A program made the translations under genes and the position numbers. A DNA stretch of 60,425 nucleotides from Proteromonas lacertae (taxonomy: Eukaryota), in NCBI GenBank assembly GCA_002245135.1, contig NGBS01000301.1, positions 124,001-184,425 of the forward strand. The letters run 5' to 3'. Positions 1 through 13,065 of the stretch are shown piece after piece. Within the stretch, counting starts at the first letter, position 1. The number at the start of each line of letters is the position of its first letter. Below the pieces are notes generated by a model. It was given only the letters and a program-made list of their open reading frames with translations. It searched no databases and had not been told where the DNA came from.

Positions 1-971
1 CAGTATCTCTATATTCAGTTGGTAATAAATAATAAGTTTCTGAACTTAGCCAATCTGTGGAAATCCATACCCATCCTTTACCTATCATATGAAGCTTGGA
101 GGCTCGATATAATACAGCACTAGCTTGTACAAAGTAAGTATATAATACAATGACTCTAAAACCACGGGATTTGATGTTTTCTAAGGCTTTATCTATTGCT
201 AATTCATCCATCTCTGAGAGTGGTAATTTGATATTGTAATTGACACTTTGCTTTAATACAGTCTATTGATAAAAATTATATATATATAAAGATACAAATT
301 CTTCATATAGTCCTTCTTCTTCTAGTGCTGAAGCAATATCATCTCTCCCTGATAAGCCATAAATATCATTCTGATAAATCAATCCAATATTATTCCAATC
401 ATAATTCTTCAATAATGCTACTAATGCTTCAGATCTGTATTTATCAGATGGATTTACTCTACCAAAGTGTGGGTAAGCTGTTGTATCTGATAATGAAGAG
501 GAGGTTGATGAATAATCAATTTGATTAATATCATCTACTGAACATCTTACTTGAATAACTCGACTGAGTTCACTTGTACCAGGTCCAAAAACTCCAGAAA
601 TGCTAGATGATGATAGAAGTGATGTTAAAGTGGTCAAACAATTATATCTATAAATTTTGATTGACATATTGCATACTCATCATTCTTACAATCTCCAATT
701 ATTAGATTGAATGTATTATTCCCCATTATATCCTCATTGTGGTTGATTTCTTCAACTGCAATCTAAACAAACGTTACAACATGATTTTATTAATACTTCA
801 GATGCAATGAAATTATAACTACCTTCTGTACACCATGTATTAGTTGCATTGGTAATTGATTCAAGATTAAACAAACCGACTAGAAAATAATAAACATGTG
901 AATTTACTCAGATTGATAGCTTCTTCTGACAAACAACTGACAATAAATACAAATAGGATAACCAAAAACAT
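1..971 (-). CDS. Signal-peptide protein with ANF-receptor/Venus-flytrap ligand-binding domain (class C GPCR/GABA-B-like ectodomain); 3' end runs off the window
   Basis: Spliced N-terminus MFLVILFVFIVSCLS, then IAVEEIN, GVFGPGTS, YSSTSSSLSDTTAYPHFGRVNPSD, YDWNNIGLIYQNDIYG and GWVWI motifs; short GT-AG introns. Confidence 0.85.
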
Positions 972-1034
972 AGTTTTTAGATTTCAAGCTTAATCAAGCT
1001 ATCATATTTTTTGTATTTCATCTCACATATTAAA

Positions 1035-1467
1035 ATGAATTCTGTTGGACAAGTTCTTACAGATTTTGCTATAAAAGTATGCTTTATTGTCTGATTTGAA
1101 TTTAGCATCCAGTTTATATGACAGCTTTTTCACTCATCTTGTTCTATGTAGTTCATTTTGTTGTCCAATTCATGTTAGTGATGTTTGTATTTATTATTTA
1201 GTATTATTTTTGCATAGTTTGGTAAAATGGAAGAACCTAAGGTATTAAGGATATATTTTAGTGTTTTAGGTAGAAGAAGAGGAAATACCTGGCTCTCCCG
1301 AATCAAGCGATGATAGTGTAAAAGAAGCTGAATTAAAAAAACACGATCCAGAGAATGAAAAGTCTACTCCCACAAATGATAGTGATGCTAAGTCTAATGA
1401 AACAGATGTAACTCCAACTTCTTCTAATAAAGGATTAAAAAAGAGAAGAAGATTAGATGACGACTAA
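1035..1467 (+). CDS. Small hypothetical membrane protein (N-terminal TM, acidic tail)
   Basis: ATG 1035; three GT-AG introns keep the frame open to TAA 1465-1467. Confidence 0.65.
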
Positions 1468-1848
1468 GAAATAATATTTATAGTTAATATATTTTTCTTG
1501 CTTAATGAGTTGTTATTTGTTGTATTCAGCCAAAAAAATTAAGTGGAAAATGCTCATTCGTGTGATTAGCATTATTATTCCTATTTTGCATAAAACTCGG
1601 TATTTCCTCTTCATTTAGCTAAAAAGTTTTATATTTAATAATAAATGATACATCTAAAGAAAATGACAAAATACATTCAAAAGAATAAATAATTACTATA
1701 TAAAGGATGGCGCCAAAACAAAATGGATTTATTGGATGATGGAATGTGGCTTGTCATTACAATTGAATCTAAGAAATGATTGGCTAATGAAATCAAAAGC
1801 AATCTACCAATACTTCGTTTCCTCATTCCATTTTTCATTTTCACACAT

Positions 1849-2653
1849 TATGACCATTGATTATGATACTAACTTTTTTGCTCGTGAAGATCCAAACCAT
1901 ATTCATGTGATATTAGAGTTTAGAACTCGCCCATGCATTATCAAAAAGATGAAAGGTTCTTGCGAGTTGCAACGCAAAACACAAATAGGCAAACAGTATG
2001 CTCACGTATAGTTCTCCCTTATTTCATCACTTAGCACGACTGCTTCGACTATCATACACATCTAGATAAAAGAAGACCTCCCTTGGATGGGACAAAAGAA
2101 GCATACCGACCTGCGCTTTGTAGAATATACGATGAGAAGACTGGAAAATGCAAATACGGAGACTTTTGCAAATATGCTCATGGGTATATCTATTATATAT
2201 CACAAATAGCTCTACGGAGTTGCTTTTCCACCCTGCAATTTATAAAACTAGATATTGTAATAGCCTTAAAACAGGAAAGAATTGTGATTCTGGAAAGTAC
2301 TGTTGTTTTGCTCATGGACCGGATATATCATTTTTGGAATATACTTATTTTAGCGCTTCTTAATGTTATACGACCTTAGGAAATTACCTTCACAAAGGCA
2401 ACATACTGATGATTATGATGATATTAATACTGATAAAATCACTAAAGAAGAACCAATTAAGCCCGTACCGATTAAGATGACTCCTACTGAGCCATTGCAA
2501 AAAGATACAATACCTGTATTACCCGATAAATTGATAGTTCTTGATGACACCACTAAAGAGAATAATTATCTGATGATTAACGTTGAAAGGAGTGTGCGAT
2601 CTAGAATTGAGCACTTGATGATAAGCTTCGATGATTTCGGTCCAATCTGTTAG
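1849..2653 (+). CDS. Unkempt-like tandem CCCH zinc-finger RNA-binding protein
   Basis: FRTRPC..CFDYH..KRRPP..YRPALC..CKYAHG..ELLFHPAIYKTRYC..CCFAHG; two GT-AG introns plus an AT-AC intron at 2325-2371. Confidence 0.85.
2325..2371 (+). other. U12-type AT-AC intron (47 nt)
   Basis: ATATCATTTTT donor, TTCTTAAT branch-like site, ends TATAC; removal gives FAHGPD|DLRKLP. Confidence 0.85.
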
Positions 2654-2877
2654 ATGTATTTTCTCCTTCATGTTGTACAGCTGTATTGACTTATTAATGA
2701 GTAATAAAATTATTTTATATTTTGTGTAATTGGATGCAGGATAGAACAATTGGAAAGGATGAATTATCACAAAAATATATGTGTATTAACAATGTATTTT
2801 TGTATTACAAAAAAAATTTACACAACAATAATAATTTATATTCTTTATATCTATCATTTACTTTAATGGATAATAAT

Positions 2878-3591
2878 CTACTTCAATTTAACGATCTTTG
2901 GTTTTGAATATGGTGTTGATTGCATCTCTTCATTTGCATCTCTACCACCTGTAGTAGTTGTTGGTTTCAATAGTCCATCAAAGAATACTTCACCTATAAC
3001 AGAAGGCAGTGGCAATAAATGAGAAGGAGCATTCATATAATCTTTCAATTCTTTACCTTTCAAATTCTTGAATTTTCTAGCATCATTATTCTCTTGTTTC
3101 TTCAATTCATTCTTCAGTCTGTCAATTGCAGTAATTCCAAAGGCTTGTTCATAAGGTGTAGGTAGTGGTGGATTTACTAATATCTCTTCCGATAATAACG
3201 AATCTGGTGAAGCTTGAATGGTTTGAGATAATAACAGTAATTCCTTATTTTCACTTAATAGCAATACATTTGTTTCATTATTTATATAAATAAACGAAAA
3301 AGTAAGAACTATATAATAATAATAACATATATATAGACATACCATTAGTGGGTGTTTTCATAATACATTCTAAATTATTAGAATAAATATCATATAATAT
3401 GAAACTACTTTGTTTTACTTCATTCGTAATAAATCCAAATTGTCCTCTCTTCATATTATCTACTTTTAACACACTACTGTTTACTGGTAATATAAGATAA
3501 GGTAAACCAGTCAAATATGAATAGATCTCAATAGATGAATTCAATTGAACGATGAAATATTCAGTATTATTCAAATTAGAAACAGATCGAA

Positions 3592-3630
<39 letters not shown>

Positions 3631-4741
3631 TTATACTGTTTTTCTCATTTCAAATGGTATTGTCTTTAATAATGTAACAGTTTCTGTATTCCAAAGTGTA
3701 ACAATATTATCAGTTACTAATACCAATATGCTACCATCTGTAGACAATGTAATACACTGTATTCTATATGTATTATATTCACCAGCATTAACACATCTCC
3801 ATTTATAAGGTGATAGATTATAAGAGTGTAAATCATCATAATGGACTTCCATTGGTTTCCATATACGGAATTCACCATTATTATCACCTGTAACTACGAT
3901 ATCTAAATAAGGATGGATATATAAACTATTAATTATTCCATTGTTATGTGGATTTTCTATCATACTGTTTAATATATATTGAAACGGTTCGTTTTTCAAT
4001 ATCCAAAATTTCAATGTATAACTTTCCATTGCAGTTCCTTTGGCAAATCTTTCAACAGTTATTAATAAATGACGATCTTGATTTACAGCAAATTTCACAA
4101 TTTCTATACCATATTGAGCTGTACCAGTTTGTGTAATAGGATTTTTCTTTATAATATTCAACTCATATATTGACTTATCTTTTAATGGATCATAGAATTG
4201 AATATATCCATTATACTGCGCTGTTAATAATAAATCATTACAACCAACAAAGCCAGCAGATAGCATTGATGAAATATGATTGGATAGAATATTCTGAGAA
4301 AGTGCAAAACCTTTAATATTCCATACTAAATTCATATTAATAATATTAAATAATCTAACAGAATTATCACTTAAACACATTAATATCTGAGTATTTGAAG
4401 CTGTTAATTTCAATATTGTACTGCCTAAACGAGGTAAATATGTCTTTGTATTTGTTGCTAATTGCCATATCACTAATACTCCTTCTAAACCACCAGTAAG
4501 CATCAATAATCCATCAGGTGTGAAGGTAATTGTGTTGACTCGAGTAGCATGCCAATGGTAAATACTGGGGATTAATATTCTATTATTATTATTATTAGAA
4601 GAAGAAGAAGAATCTGTATCTTGAATTGTATTGGTTAATTTCAATAAGTTGTGATATAATGTAATTTTTCCTGTTCGATCTCCAACTGCTATGTAATCTT
4701 CTATTGGATGAAAACATTGGGTAGTTATTGTGAAATTCTAT

Positions 4742-4780
<39 letters not shown>

Positions 4781-5445
4781 TACATGTGTATGATTTATTA
4801 ATTTCTTTGTATTTGAATTATATATTGAAAGTATATTGTCATGTGATATTACTAAAATTGTCACTATTTCTTCATGTAATCTTTTATTTGTGGTTTGTTG
4901 TTGGCTTGAGAAATTATCTGTGTATTGCTTCGTTGAAATTATTGGTCGTGGACCTTCTACTGATAATATTACTTCATCTGCACTCTTAGTTTTTAGATTG
5001 TAGTGAATTACTGACCATTTTCTTGGTGCTTTGGCTAGTGTGTTGTTTTCGATTAGTATGTATAAATAGTCTGTATCTGAATAATCAGAACATATTCTGT
5101 GTATTGGGGAATTTATTTCGAAGATTTGAATACATTTTTCTTCTTTTATATTCCATTGTCTAATTGTACCATCTAATGACGAGGAAAAAAGGTAATTTAA
5201 ATTGTTTAAATCTAGAATGTAAGAGGTAATTTCTTTTTTGTGATCAATCTAGAGAGTTAAATAGAAATAATACAAGTAAATAGTTGGCTTCATGTGTACT
5301 TAAACTTAATGCAGCGATTGTAGTGCCTTTTGAAACAACAATCGATCTAGGAGTATATAATGTCTTGGATGTTATACTTTTCCAAAAAGAGTGGTAATGC
5401 TTTACAAAATTTACCTCCTGATACTGTTGAAATTGACCATTCCAT
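2878..5445 (-). CDS. WDR75: WD-repeat SSU processome protein WDR75/Utp17 (NAN1)
   Basis: HWHATRVNTITFTPDGLLMLTGGLEGVLVIWQL..LPRLGS motif, C-terminal APSHLLP; exons join in frame. Confidence 0.9.
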
Positions 5446-5595
5446 TGATTAATTTAGAAATGAAATTTCAAGCATTTAAAATGGGTCAACGAAACCGTAC
5501 CAAATTCTAACACCAATTTTCAAAATTCTTTGTTTTTCCATCACAATCAGCTCAAAAACATTATAAAACAAAATATAAAATATAAAAAACAAAAT

Positions 5596-6530
5596 TTATG
5601 CAGAATTTTCACAAAAATAATCAAAATCTTTCTTCAATTCTTCAATCAAGTCAGCATCTTCAGCTTTATACTTTCCAATGTGTTCCTTTATAATATTCTT
5701 TATATTTTCATAACTTTTATCAGCTTTCAATCCTTCCAATATAGATCTGTCATTTTTACAACAAGTAACTAATAATCTAAATGAATTCTCTTTAATATCA
5801 ACATCTTTATGTTCTACTAGTGGTATTAAGTACTGTACACAGTTAGTGGATATAAATGTAACGATACAGTTTGGTTCATCAAATAATAACTGCAATAAAA
5901 ACACTAAACACTTTTTCACTATTATTTCTGTATTTGTCTGTATTAATGAAGTAAGTATAGTGAACCCTCCTAAACGAAGAAACTCTATACGCGAATTATC
6001 ATGAGAACGAACAAAACTTGATAACAGTGACAAACCAGCTTGTAATATATCTTCATCTGTTGTATTCATTAGTTGAAATGCATCATTCATTATGCCAATA
6101 TCTAAAGCATATTGTTGACAATCTGGATTATTCTGTAAACAAGCTCTGAACACTTTACATGTTGCGATTTGAATCTCTTTATTGTCTTTCTTCTGTAAAT
6201 AGGGTTGCAATTGTTTATAACCTCCTATCAAATAGAGGTCTTTTGCAAAATCGATATTTTCTGAATCCTCTTCTATTAGTTCAAGAGCTTCTATTCTTTC
6301 TGATGTAGCTAAGTTTTCATCAGTAGCTATCTCTAATCTCTTTTTCATTTCTTTAACAACATCTGTTGTCATCTCTTCCATGGCTTTTTCTAAGAACTGT
6401 TTCTTCTATTTCACAATAATGTAGAAATTCATACCTGTTCATCCATCTCTTTTGGTACAGTTGGTTTGGTCTCATCTATCTGTGCCAAAGACCACTTTAA
6501 AATAGCTAAATAGTTATTATATTGATCCAT
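5596..6530 (-). CDS. HSPBP1: Hsp70 nucleotide exchange factor Fes1/HspBP1
   Basis: AILKWSL N-terminus, FLEKAMEE, ENIDFAKDL..GG, QNNPDCQ, ARM repeats; one intron. Confidence 0.9.
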
Positions 6531-6589
6531 AATTGTTCTAGAAAAATAAGTGAAACGAATTAAAATTTTGGAACACTTAAATGACAGTT

Positions 6590-8894
6590 ATGAAAATGAG
6601 GCAATTTATCTTCTGTATATTACTATTTGCATGCTATACTATCGCCGTTGGTATAATACAGGTTAATTTTATATGATAGATAAGAATGAACGATGTATAG
6701 AGATCTTAGAAACGAATTCAGCAGATTATTCTATCAATTTCTTTGATAATAGTTCAAAAGAATTAAAATCAAATAAGAATAAAATATGTTTTGGTCCTGG
6801 AACATACAAAATGGAAGTTAAAGAAATGTATAAAGAGATATTTTAATCTTGTTAGAAATCCAACAAAAAAAGATTTAGCAAAACCTGGAAGTACTTTAGA
6901 AGAAGATAAAGGAAAAGGAGTTGAACCGCCAAAAACAGATGAAAAACCTGTCAAAGATATTAAAAAGCCAGAGGATCAAACTAAGAAGGATGATAAACCT
7001 CCTGTTAAGCCAACTGAACCTCCAAAACAACCGGAAGCTACTGATTCTAGCAAAACCTTCAAAAGATAAGCCAAAAGAAGATCCAATTAAAGATAAACCC
7101 ACTGATAAAACAACTGATAAATCCAAAGAAAAACCTACAGAGAAGCCAACAGATAAAACTGATAAAACAGATAAATCAACCGAAAAACCTTCAGATAAAA
7201 CTGATAAAACAGATAAAACAACAGGAAAAGATAATGAGAAGTCAAAAGATAAGTTAAATGAAAAAGATGATAAATCAACAGATGAATCATCTGAAAAACC
7301 AACTGATAATAAAACAACCAATCTCAATCAAACAGATTCTGATCTAAATAAAGGTAATACAACATCATCAATTACAAGCATATTTAATATAATACTTGAT
7401 ACTTTATATGATGAAATAAACAGAGCTAAGAAGAGCTTTAAGGCATTTAAGAATGATATGATCGATTGGTATAATGAACCACCATCTAATAAAACAAATA
7501 CAACATCTACTACAAGTAAAACAAATACAACAATAACAAAGGATGATGAAGATGATAAATCAGGTAAAACTAAAGGAGATAATACAACAACAACAACAAA
7601 AACAAAAACAGATGAATCTAAAGGAGATAAAGATAAATCTGATAAATCAAAACCATCAACAAAACCAAAGTCAACTATTAAATATTATAAAGATGAAGTA
7701 GTAAGCTTAAAAGGTGATAAAACAGTCAAACTCACACAATATGATGTATATAAAGATGAAGGTGTAGAAATCAATGGATTAAAAGATAATGAACAATATA
7801 TTGTAGAAACTAAAATGCCTGAATTTTTAAAGAGTAATAAACCAATCACAAAAGTAGGAATATATCCAGCTGCTGTTGAATATATCATTACATTTTATTA
7901 TAACAATACAAACAATAATACTATAGAAAATGAAATACAACAAAATAAAACTATCTTAAAATCAAGAGATATTCAAATATTAGATATTAATGAATGTATA
8001 TTACCTCAATCAAACATATACCATCACCAATGTCATAATGCAGCTAAATGTATCAATCTCAAAGGTAGCTATACATGTCAATGTAGCCAAGACACAAATT
8101 GCACAGAATGTGATGGATTTAATAAGATATCCAACAGTAGTATAATTAAAGGTCAAGGATATATAAGTGGTAGTGGTTGTTTAGATAGAGTTCCTCCAAT
8201 TATTGAATTAGTTGGTAGTTCATTCGTTCATTATAGTCAATGTGGTTGTGGATCATTGATAGGTGAAGTAGAACCACCAGTTGAGAGTGAAATGTGTGAT
8301 GATAAAGATTATTATGGCGAAGAATCAAGTGAAGAAAATGATTATAAACAAAGACACACCAAGTGTTTTAAAGCTTATGATAATGTAGATGGTGATTTAA
8401 CAAGTAATGTTACTTATATTATTAGAAAGAAAGAAAATGAAAATGATACTTATGAAATAATATATACTGTTAAAGATAAGAGTGGAAACGTAGGAAATGT
8501 TACAAGAATAGCTAAAAGAGTACCACAAGATGTGAAACGAGAAATGGATCAATTAAAGTTAGTTCATTCTCAATTAGATAGAATATTAAACGATAGTCAA
8601 AATCAAATAAACCAACAACAATTAGTGTTAATAGGATTTTACATTTTGGCTGGTGTTAGTTGTTATTGTGTATTGATTTTAACTGGATTATCAAGGACTT
8701 TGTGTAATTGTTTCAAATATCTATTTTTCCCTACCACATTGTTAATTAATAGATCAGATTTTGAGAATGGTGTAGATTGTTATTTAAGATTGTCACATTT
8801 TGGATTTATGGATCATGCTACAAGACAATCAATCATTAAAGAAGAATGGGAAAATGCAATTGAAGCATTAAACTCACAAATATCTCAAGAATAA
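6590..8894 (+). CDS. Type-I membrane protein: signal peptide, K/D/P/T-rich low-complexity region, Ca-binding EGF, DUF5011/HYR-like Ig domain, coiled coil, TM; apparent +1 frameshift near 7052-7055
   Basis: DINECILP..CHNAAKCINLKGSYTCQC; DRVPPIIELVG..AYDNVDGDLT..YTVKDKSGN; ORFs 6791-7069 and 6921-8894 join if one A is removed from CAAAACC. Confidence 0.8.
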
Positions 8895-8948
8895 TAAGAA
8901 CAACAATTTATTATTATTTATATATAATTGATTTTTTTTTTTGAAGTA

Positions 8949-10077
8949 TTAAATTCTTCCTTTTTCTTGTTGATCAATCATTTGTTTTCTCTCTTGATTT
9001 TCTCTTTCTTCATATTCTAATTTCTTTTCTCTATTCAATTTACAGAATGGACAAATCCATTGTGCTTTAGATGGAACTTTATCAATTCCTAAACAACTTT
9101 TATGATACCAATTCCCACATTCTCCATCACAACCAATCATTGGTCCATCTCCTGAATAATGACATATACAATAATCACCATCCTCTGGTAATTTCAATTT
9201 ACTAGTTAATAATAACTTTATATTCTCATCAAGTGATTTATTTTCATCATATAATATTAGTTGTTGTTGTGAAGGATGTGGTGGTGGAATTTGTTGTTGT
9301 TGTTGATTCATTTCGTTGGTTGGTGATAATATATCAGTAGAGGGTGATGGTGGTAATGATGAAGATAATGAAGATGTTGATTGTGGTACATCTATTGAAG
9401 ATGGTTGTTGTGTTATATCTAAACTATGATTAATATTGTTATAACTATTATCATCTTCTATTTCCATTCCTAGTTTATTATTATTATTATTATTATTGGA
9501 ACTATTAGTTTCTGCATCTGGTATGATTACTGTTTCTTCCTGTGGAAGTGTACTCTATAATAATAATAATATATAAATAATAAATATTAAATACTATTGC
9601 ATCTAATTCACTTGATAATAAATCAAAATGATTTTTCATGAATATTCTGAATTCTTTCCCCATTTCATCAAAATATAATCTTGCCTTTTCTGTATTATTT
9701 CTCTATATAATATGAAATAAAGAAAATGAAAATAATACAATGAAATTGATCTTTTCATCAATAAGAGATTCTAATTTTTGAATGTCAAGTCTGTATGCTT
9801 CTAATGATTGTCGTTCTGGGACACATTCAATAGGCTAAACAATGATATATAAAGATAAATCTACATGTTCAAGAATATAACTCAATTCTTCCTCATAATC
9901 ATCATATATTTTTTCTAAATCTTTAATATAATAATTTAATTCCTAATAATGTATATCTGAGAGAAATACTTGTTTAGCATATGCAATTTGAAATAAAGTC
10001 TTTCCTATATCAGTCTTTCTCTTTTTCTCATTTTCAAAACCATAATCTTTCATCACACTATACCTTAAATCATTCAT
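8949..10077 (-). CDS. ING-like PHD-finger chromatin reader
   Basis: Helical N-terminus (..LIDEKINF..) and PHD YCIC..GPMIGCDGECGNWYHKSC..WICPFC; four introns. Confidence 0.8.
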
Positions 10078-10133
10078 TTTTAAAGAAATTAAAATGATGA
10101 ACTCAAACAGTAGTCAAACTTGTTTAAGAAAAA

Positions 10134-10873
10134 ATGAATATAAAAGATTCAGATGACGATATTGAAGCAGGAAACAATCTTATTAAAAAACATCCCGATG
10201 AATTTGTTCCAAGAATACCAAGATCAAGAGTATGTAGAGTAGGTTGTGGATTATTTCAGACAGGTATTGTTAAATGATATGCACTATTTATTAATAGGTG
10301 GAGATATTGGTAATTGCTATTTATTGAAAGGAAACATGAAGCAACATTATTTACCTCAGATTATGCTTATTGGACCTGATTATGTGTTTAGCATAACAGC
10401 CACTTTACTTATATTAGGTTGTAATGGCTTTTTCATTATACATCAGTATTTTTTATTCTTTTTTATGCAATAGTTTTATAATGGAATATTATTACACAAT
10501 TCCACTTGTTTTGATCGGATTTTTTCTTTCATTCATCTCTCAGTTATTAGTTACATTTAGTAATCCAGGATTTTGTCAATTAAATCTAAATCAAACAGAA
10601 GCTGAAGGATTATATGATACTACTTGTCATCCTTGTTGTATATAATGTTTTATTTATTATTAATTAGTAAAATGCCATACATTTATACCACGTGGTGCTT
10701 ATCATTGTGATGATTGTGGTTTATGTGTTGAAGAATTGGATCATCACTGTGTTTGGGTAGGAAAATGTGTTGGAAAATACAATTTGAAGTTATTTTATTT
10801 CTTTATTTTCTCTATATTTATTAATTTAGCTATTGGAATACTATCTGAAGTTTTTTCTCCAATGATTCATTAA
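10134..10873 (+). CDS. DHHC palmitoyltransferase (short form)
   Basis: SNPG; HCDDCGLCVEELDHHCVWVGKCVGKYN; three introns. Confidence 0.9.
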
Positions 10874-10956
10874 TTTTATTTAACTCTTTATTTTAAAGTA
10901 TATTTTTATTCTTACAATATATATACACACACAGTATTATATATAAAATATTACTA

Positions 10957-11704
10957 TTACATACACATAAAAAACAATGGCCAAAGTACAATCACTGCAT
11001 TAAGTATCAAAAATGCTACTAAACAGTAAAAAGTACATTGGTTGTATTTACCAATACATTTTCCAACCCATGGGCAATGATGATCAAGATCTTCACAACA
11101 AACATCACAATATTCACAATGAAACGTGCCTAGTTGGTATATATGCATAACAAGCATCTATATATTATAGTCATATCATTTATACTGCATTCATGCAATC
11201 TTCTATTTGGAAACTGTCTTAATGAAACTTCTTCAGATTGAGATTTTGGAATATATCCTGGATTAGAGAAGTAAACTCTGAAATATATTAGCAAAGATAA
11301 TGTGCAAGTAATTGGCATTACCCATAAACCAAATCTGCTACATTTATTCAAGAAACTACCATATTTATAAAACCATTTATACAGTAATAGTAATTCAAAG
11401 AATGCATTGAATAAAACTATAAAAAATACTGCTAATGCAGTTAAATATTTATTGGGACCTACTAAAAATAAAGATGGAGGGAAATGATTCTCTAACTTGC
11501 CTTTCAGCAATATTAACTTCCCTAAATATCCTCCTAAAGTATATTACAAACAAGAATAATACCTGTTATTCCAGGAATACACATAAATGTTGTTTTTCGA
11601 GTTGTCAACTCAATTTCTCTTTCATCATCTGAACTATCTGATCCTTCTTCCAGATCTTCAATTGAATGCACCTTTCTCTTTCTCAAATCATCACGATCTG
11701 CCAT
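10957..11704 (-). CDS. DHHC palmitoyltransferase (short form), convergent with its paralog
   Basis: [34 protein letters not shown]. Confidence 0.9.
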
Positions 11705-11928
11705 TTTATAAATTAATTTGCAAAATCTAATAGTTTGGCTTGAGTGAAAATAAAAAGTCAATATCTCTAAAACTATGATATCTCTATGCATTATCATATC
11801 TTATTATGCTTATATTTGATTATATGTTTTTAGAAATACACTTCTTTACAACATAAAAAGAAATAGCAAATTCATCAATTTCAATCACAATAATATTAAA
11901 TAAATAGAATATTAAAAATAAATAACGA

Positions 11929-12912
11929 TTATTTATGATAAACATAAACATTTGGCAATACATACATCTTATAACCTTTATCACGAGCCAAAACTCCAAA
12001 TCCTTCAGTCTCTATCCAATGTTTATACATTCTTTCAGGATATCTAATATTTTCATTATGAACTACATTCTTAACCAATAACATTGTTCCACCAACACTA
12101 TCAATTTCAACCAAATACTGTTTATCTTTGTTGGATTTATCCATTATATCATTGACATGACTTCCGCCTATGCCATATCCTTGAACTACTAAATAATTAG
12201 TATCATTCAATTCACTTAAATATTTTATGAATATTTCGTTATATTTCCATGTATTTAAATCATAATCTCTAAAATCATCAGGCAAAACACAATGAGCTGT
12301 TACAATATCTTTATTTACTGCTAACATATCCTTTAATACATCACTACTGTAATTATACAAATCAGAATCAAGCCATAATACAAAATCATCATATTCATTC
12401 ACAAATGTTGAATCTAATAGATAATTTCGTAATATTGCTATTCCTCTTCTTCTTTCATATTGTAACTCTCTGTCGTGTCTAAAAGCCATTTTTACAGCAT
12501 CATTGTTTTTTGATTCTCTTATATTCTTTCTTACATACAATATTTCATGATAATAATCCTTCCAATATGTGATGTTTGAAACAATATAATTATTACATTC
12601 TTCATTCTTTGAATCACCTTCTAATATTCCTAGTGTTATTAATTCTCTATTAGTTCATATTATTAAATGTAATATACTATACTTGTTATAATTTAGTGAA
12701 GTTAACAACCTAAAATATCTTGCTAATCGTATTTCACAATTCATAAACAGTGACAGAATTAATACAGTTGGTTCTGAATGAGATGAATATGGTTTTCTGT
12801 CTGATTTTGTTAAATACGATTTTGTTGGGGTTAGAATTTCGGAGACTCGATAATAAAAACCAATATAAAATAATAAAATCGTACAAACCAATAAAATTAA
12901 TTTACATTTCAT
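11929..12912 (-). CDS. Anp1/Mnn9/Van1-family (GT62) glycosyltransferase, type II membrane protein
   Basis: N-terminal TM; LGILEGDS; RR..IAILRNYLL; VLWLDSD (DxD); YDLNTW; IDSVGGTMLLV; IETEGFG..A. Confidence 0.85.
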
Positions 12913-13065
12913 CAGAAAAATAAGTAAAACGATAATATAGGTTTGATGTCTAGTTCGAAACACAAAAATTCTTATTCTTTTTTCTTCTTTTATGAGCATG
13001 CAATTGAAGAAGAAACAATCAAAATTATTGTCAAATCATATTACTTATTTCAAAAACAGTAATAT

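Noticed and set aside
263..296. GTATCTTT donor as a possible GT-AG U12 intron
   Set aside because: No TTCTTAAT-like branch site; length and composition match ordinary introns.
3594..3623. (TA)n and (TAA)n tracts (also 4746, 15143, 28387, 39266)
   Set aside because: Ordinary intronic microsatellites, not CRISPR or functional arrays.
6896..7327. Antisense and alternate-frame ORFs (also 34307-34810, 36000-36377, 52805-53194 and others)
   Set aside because: These are shadows of low-complexity or biased coding sequence on the opposite strand.
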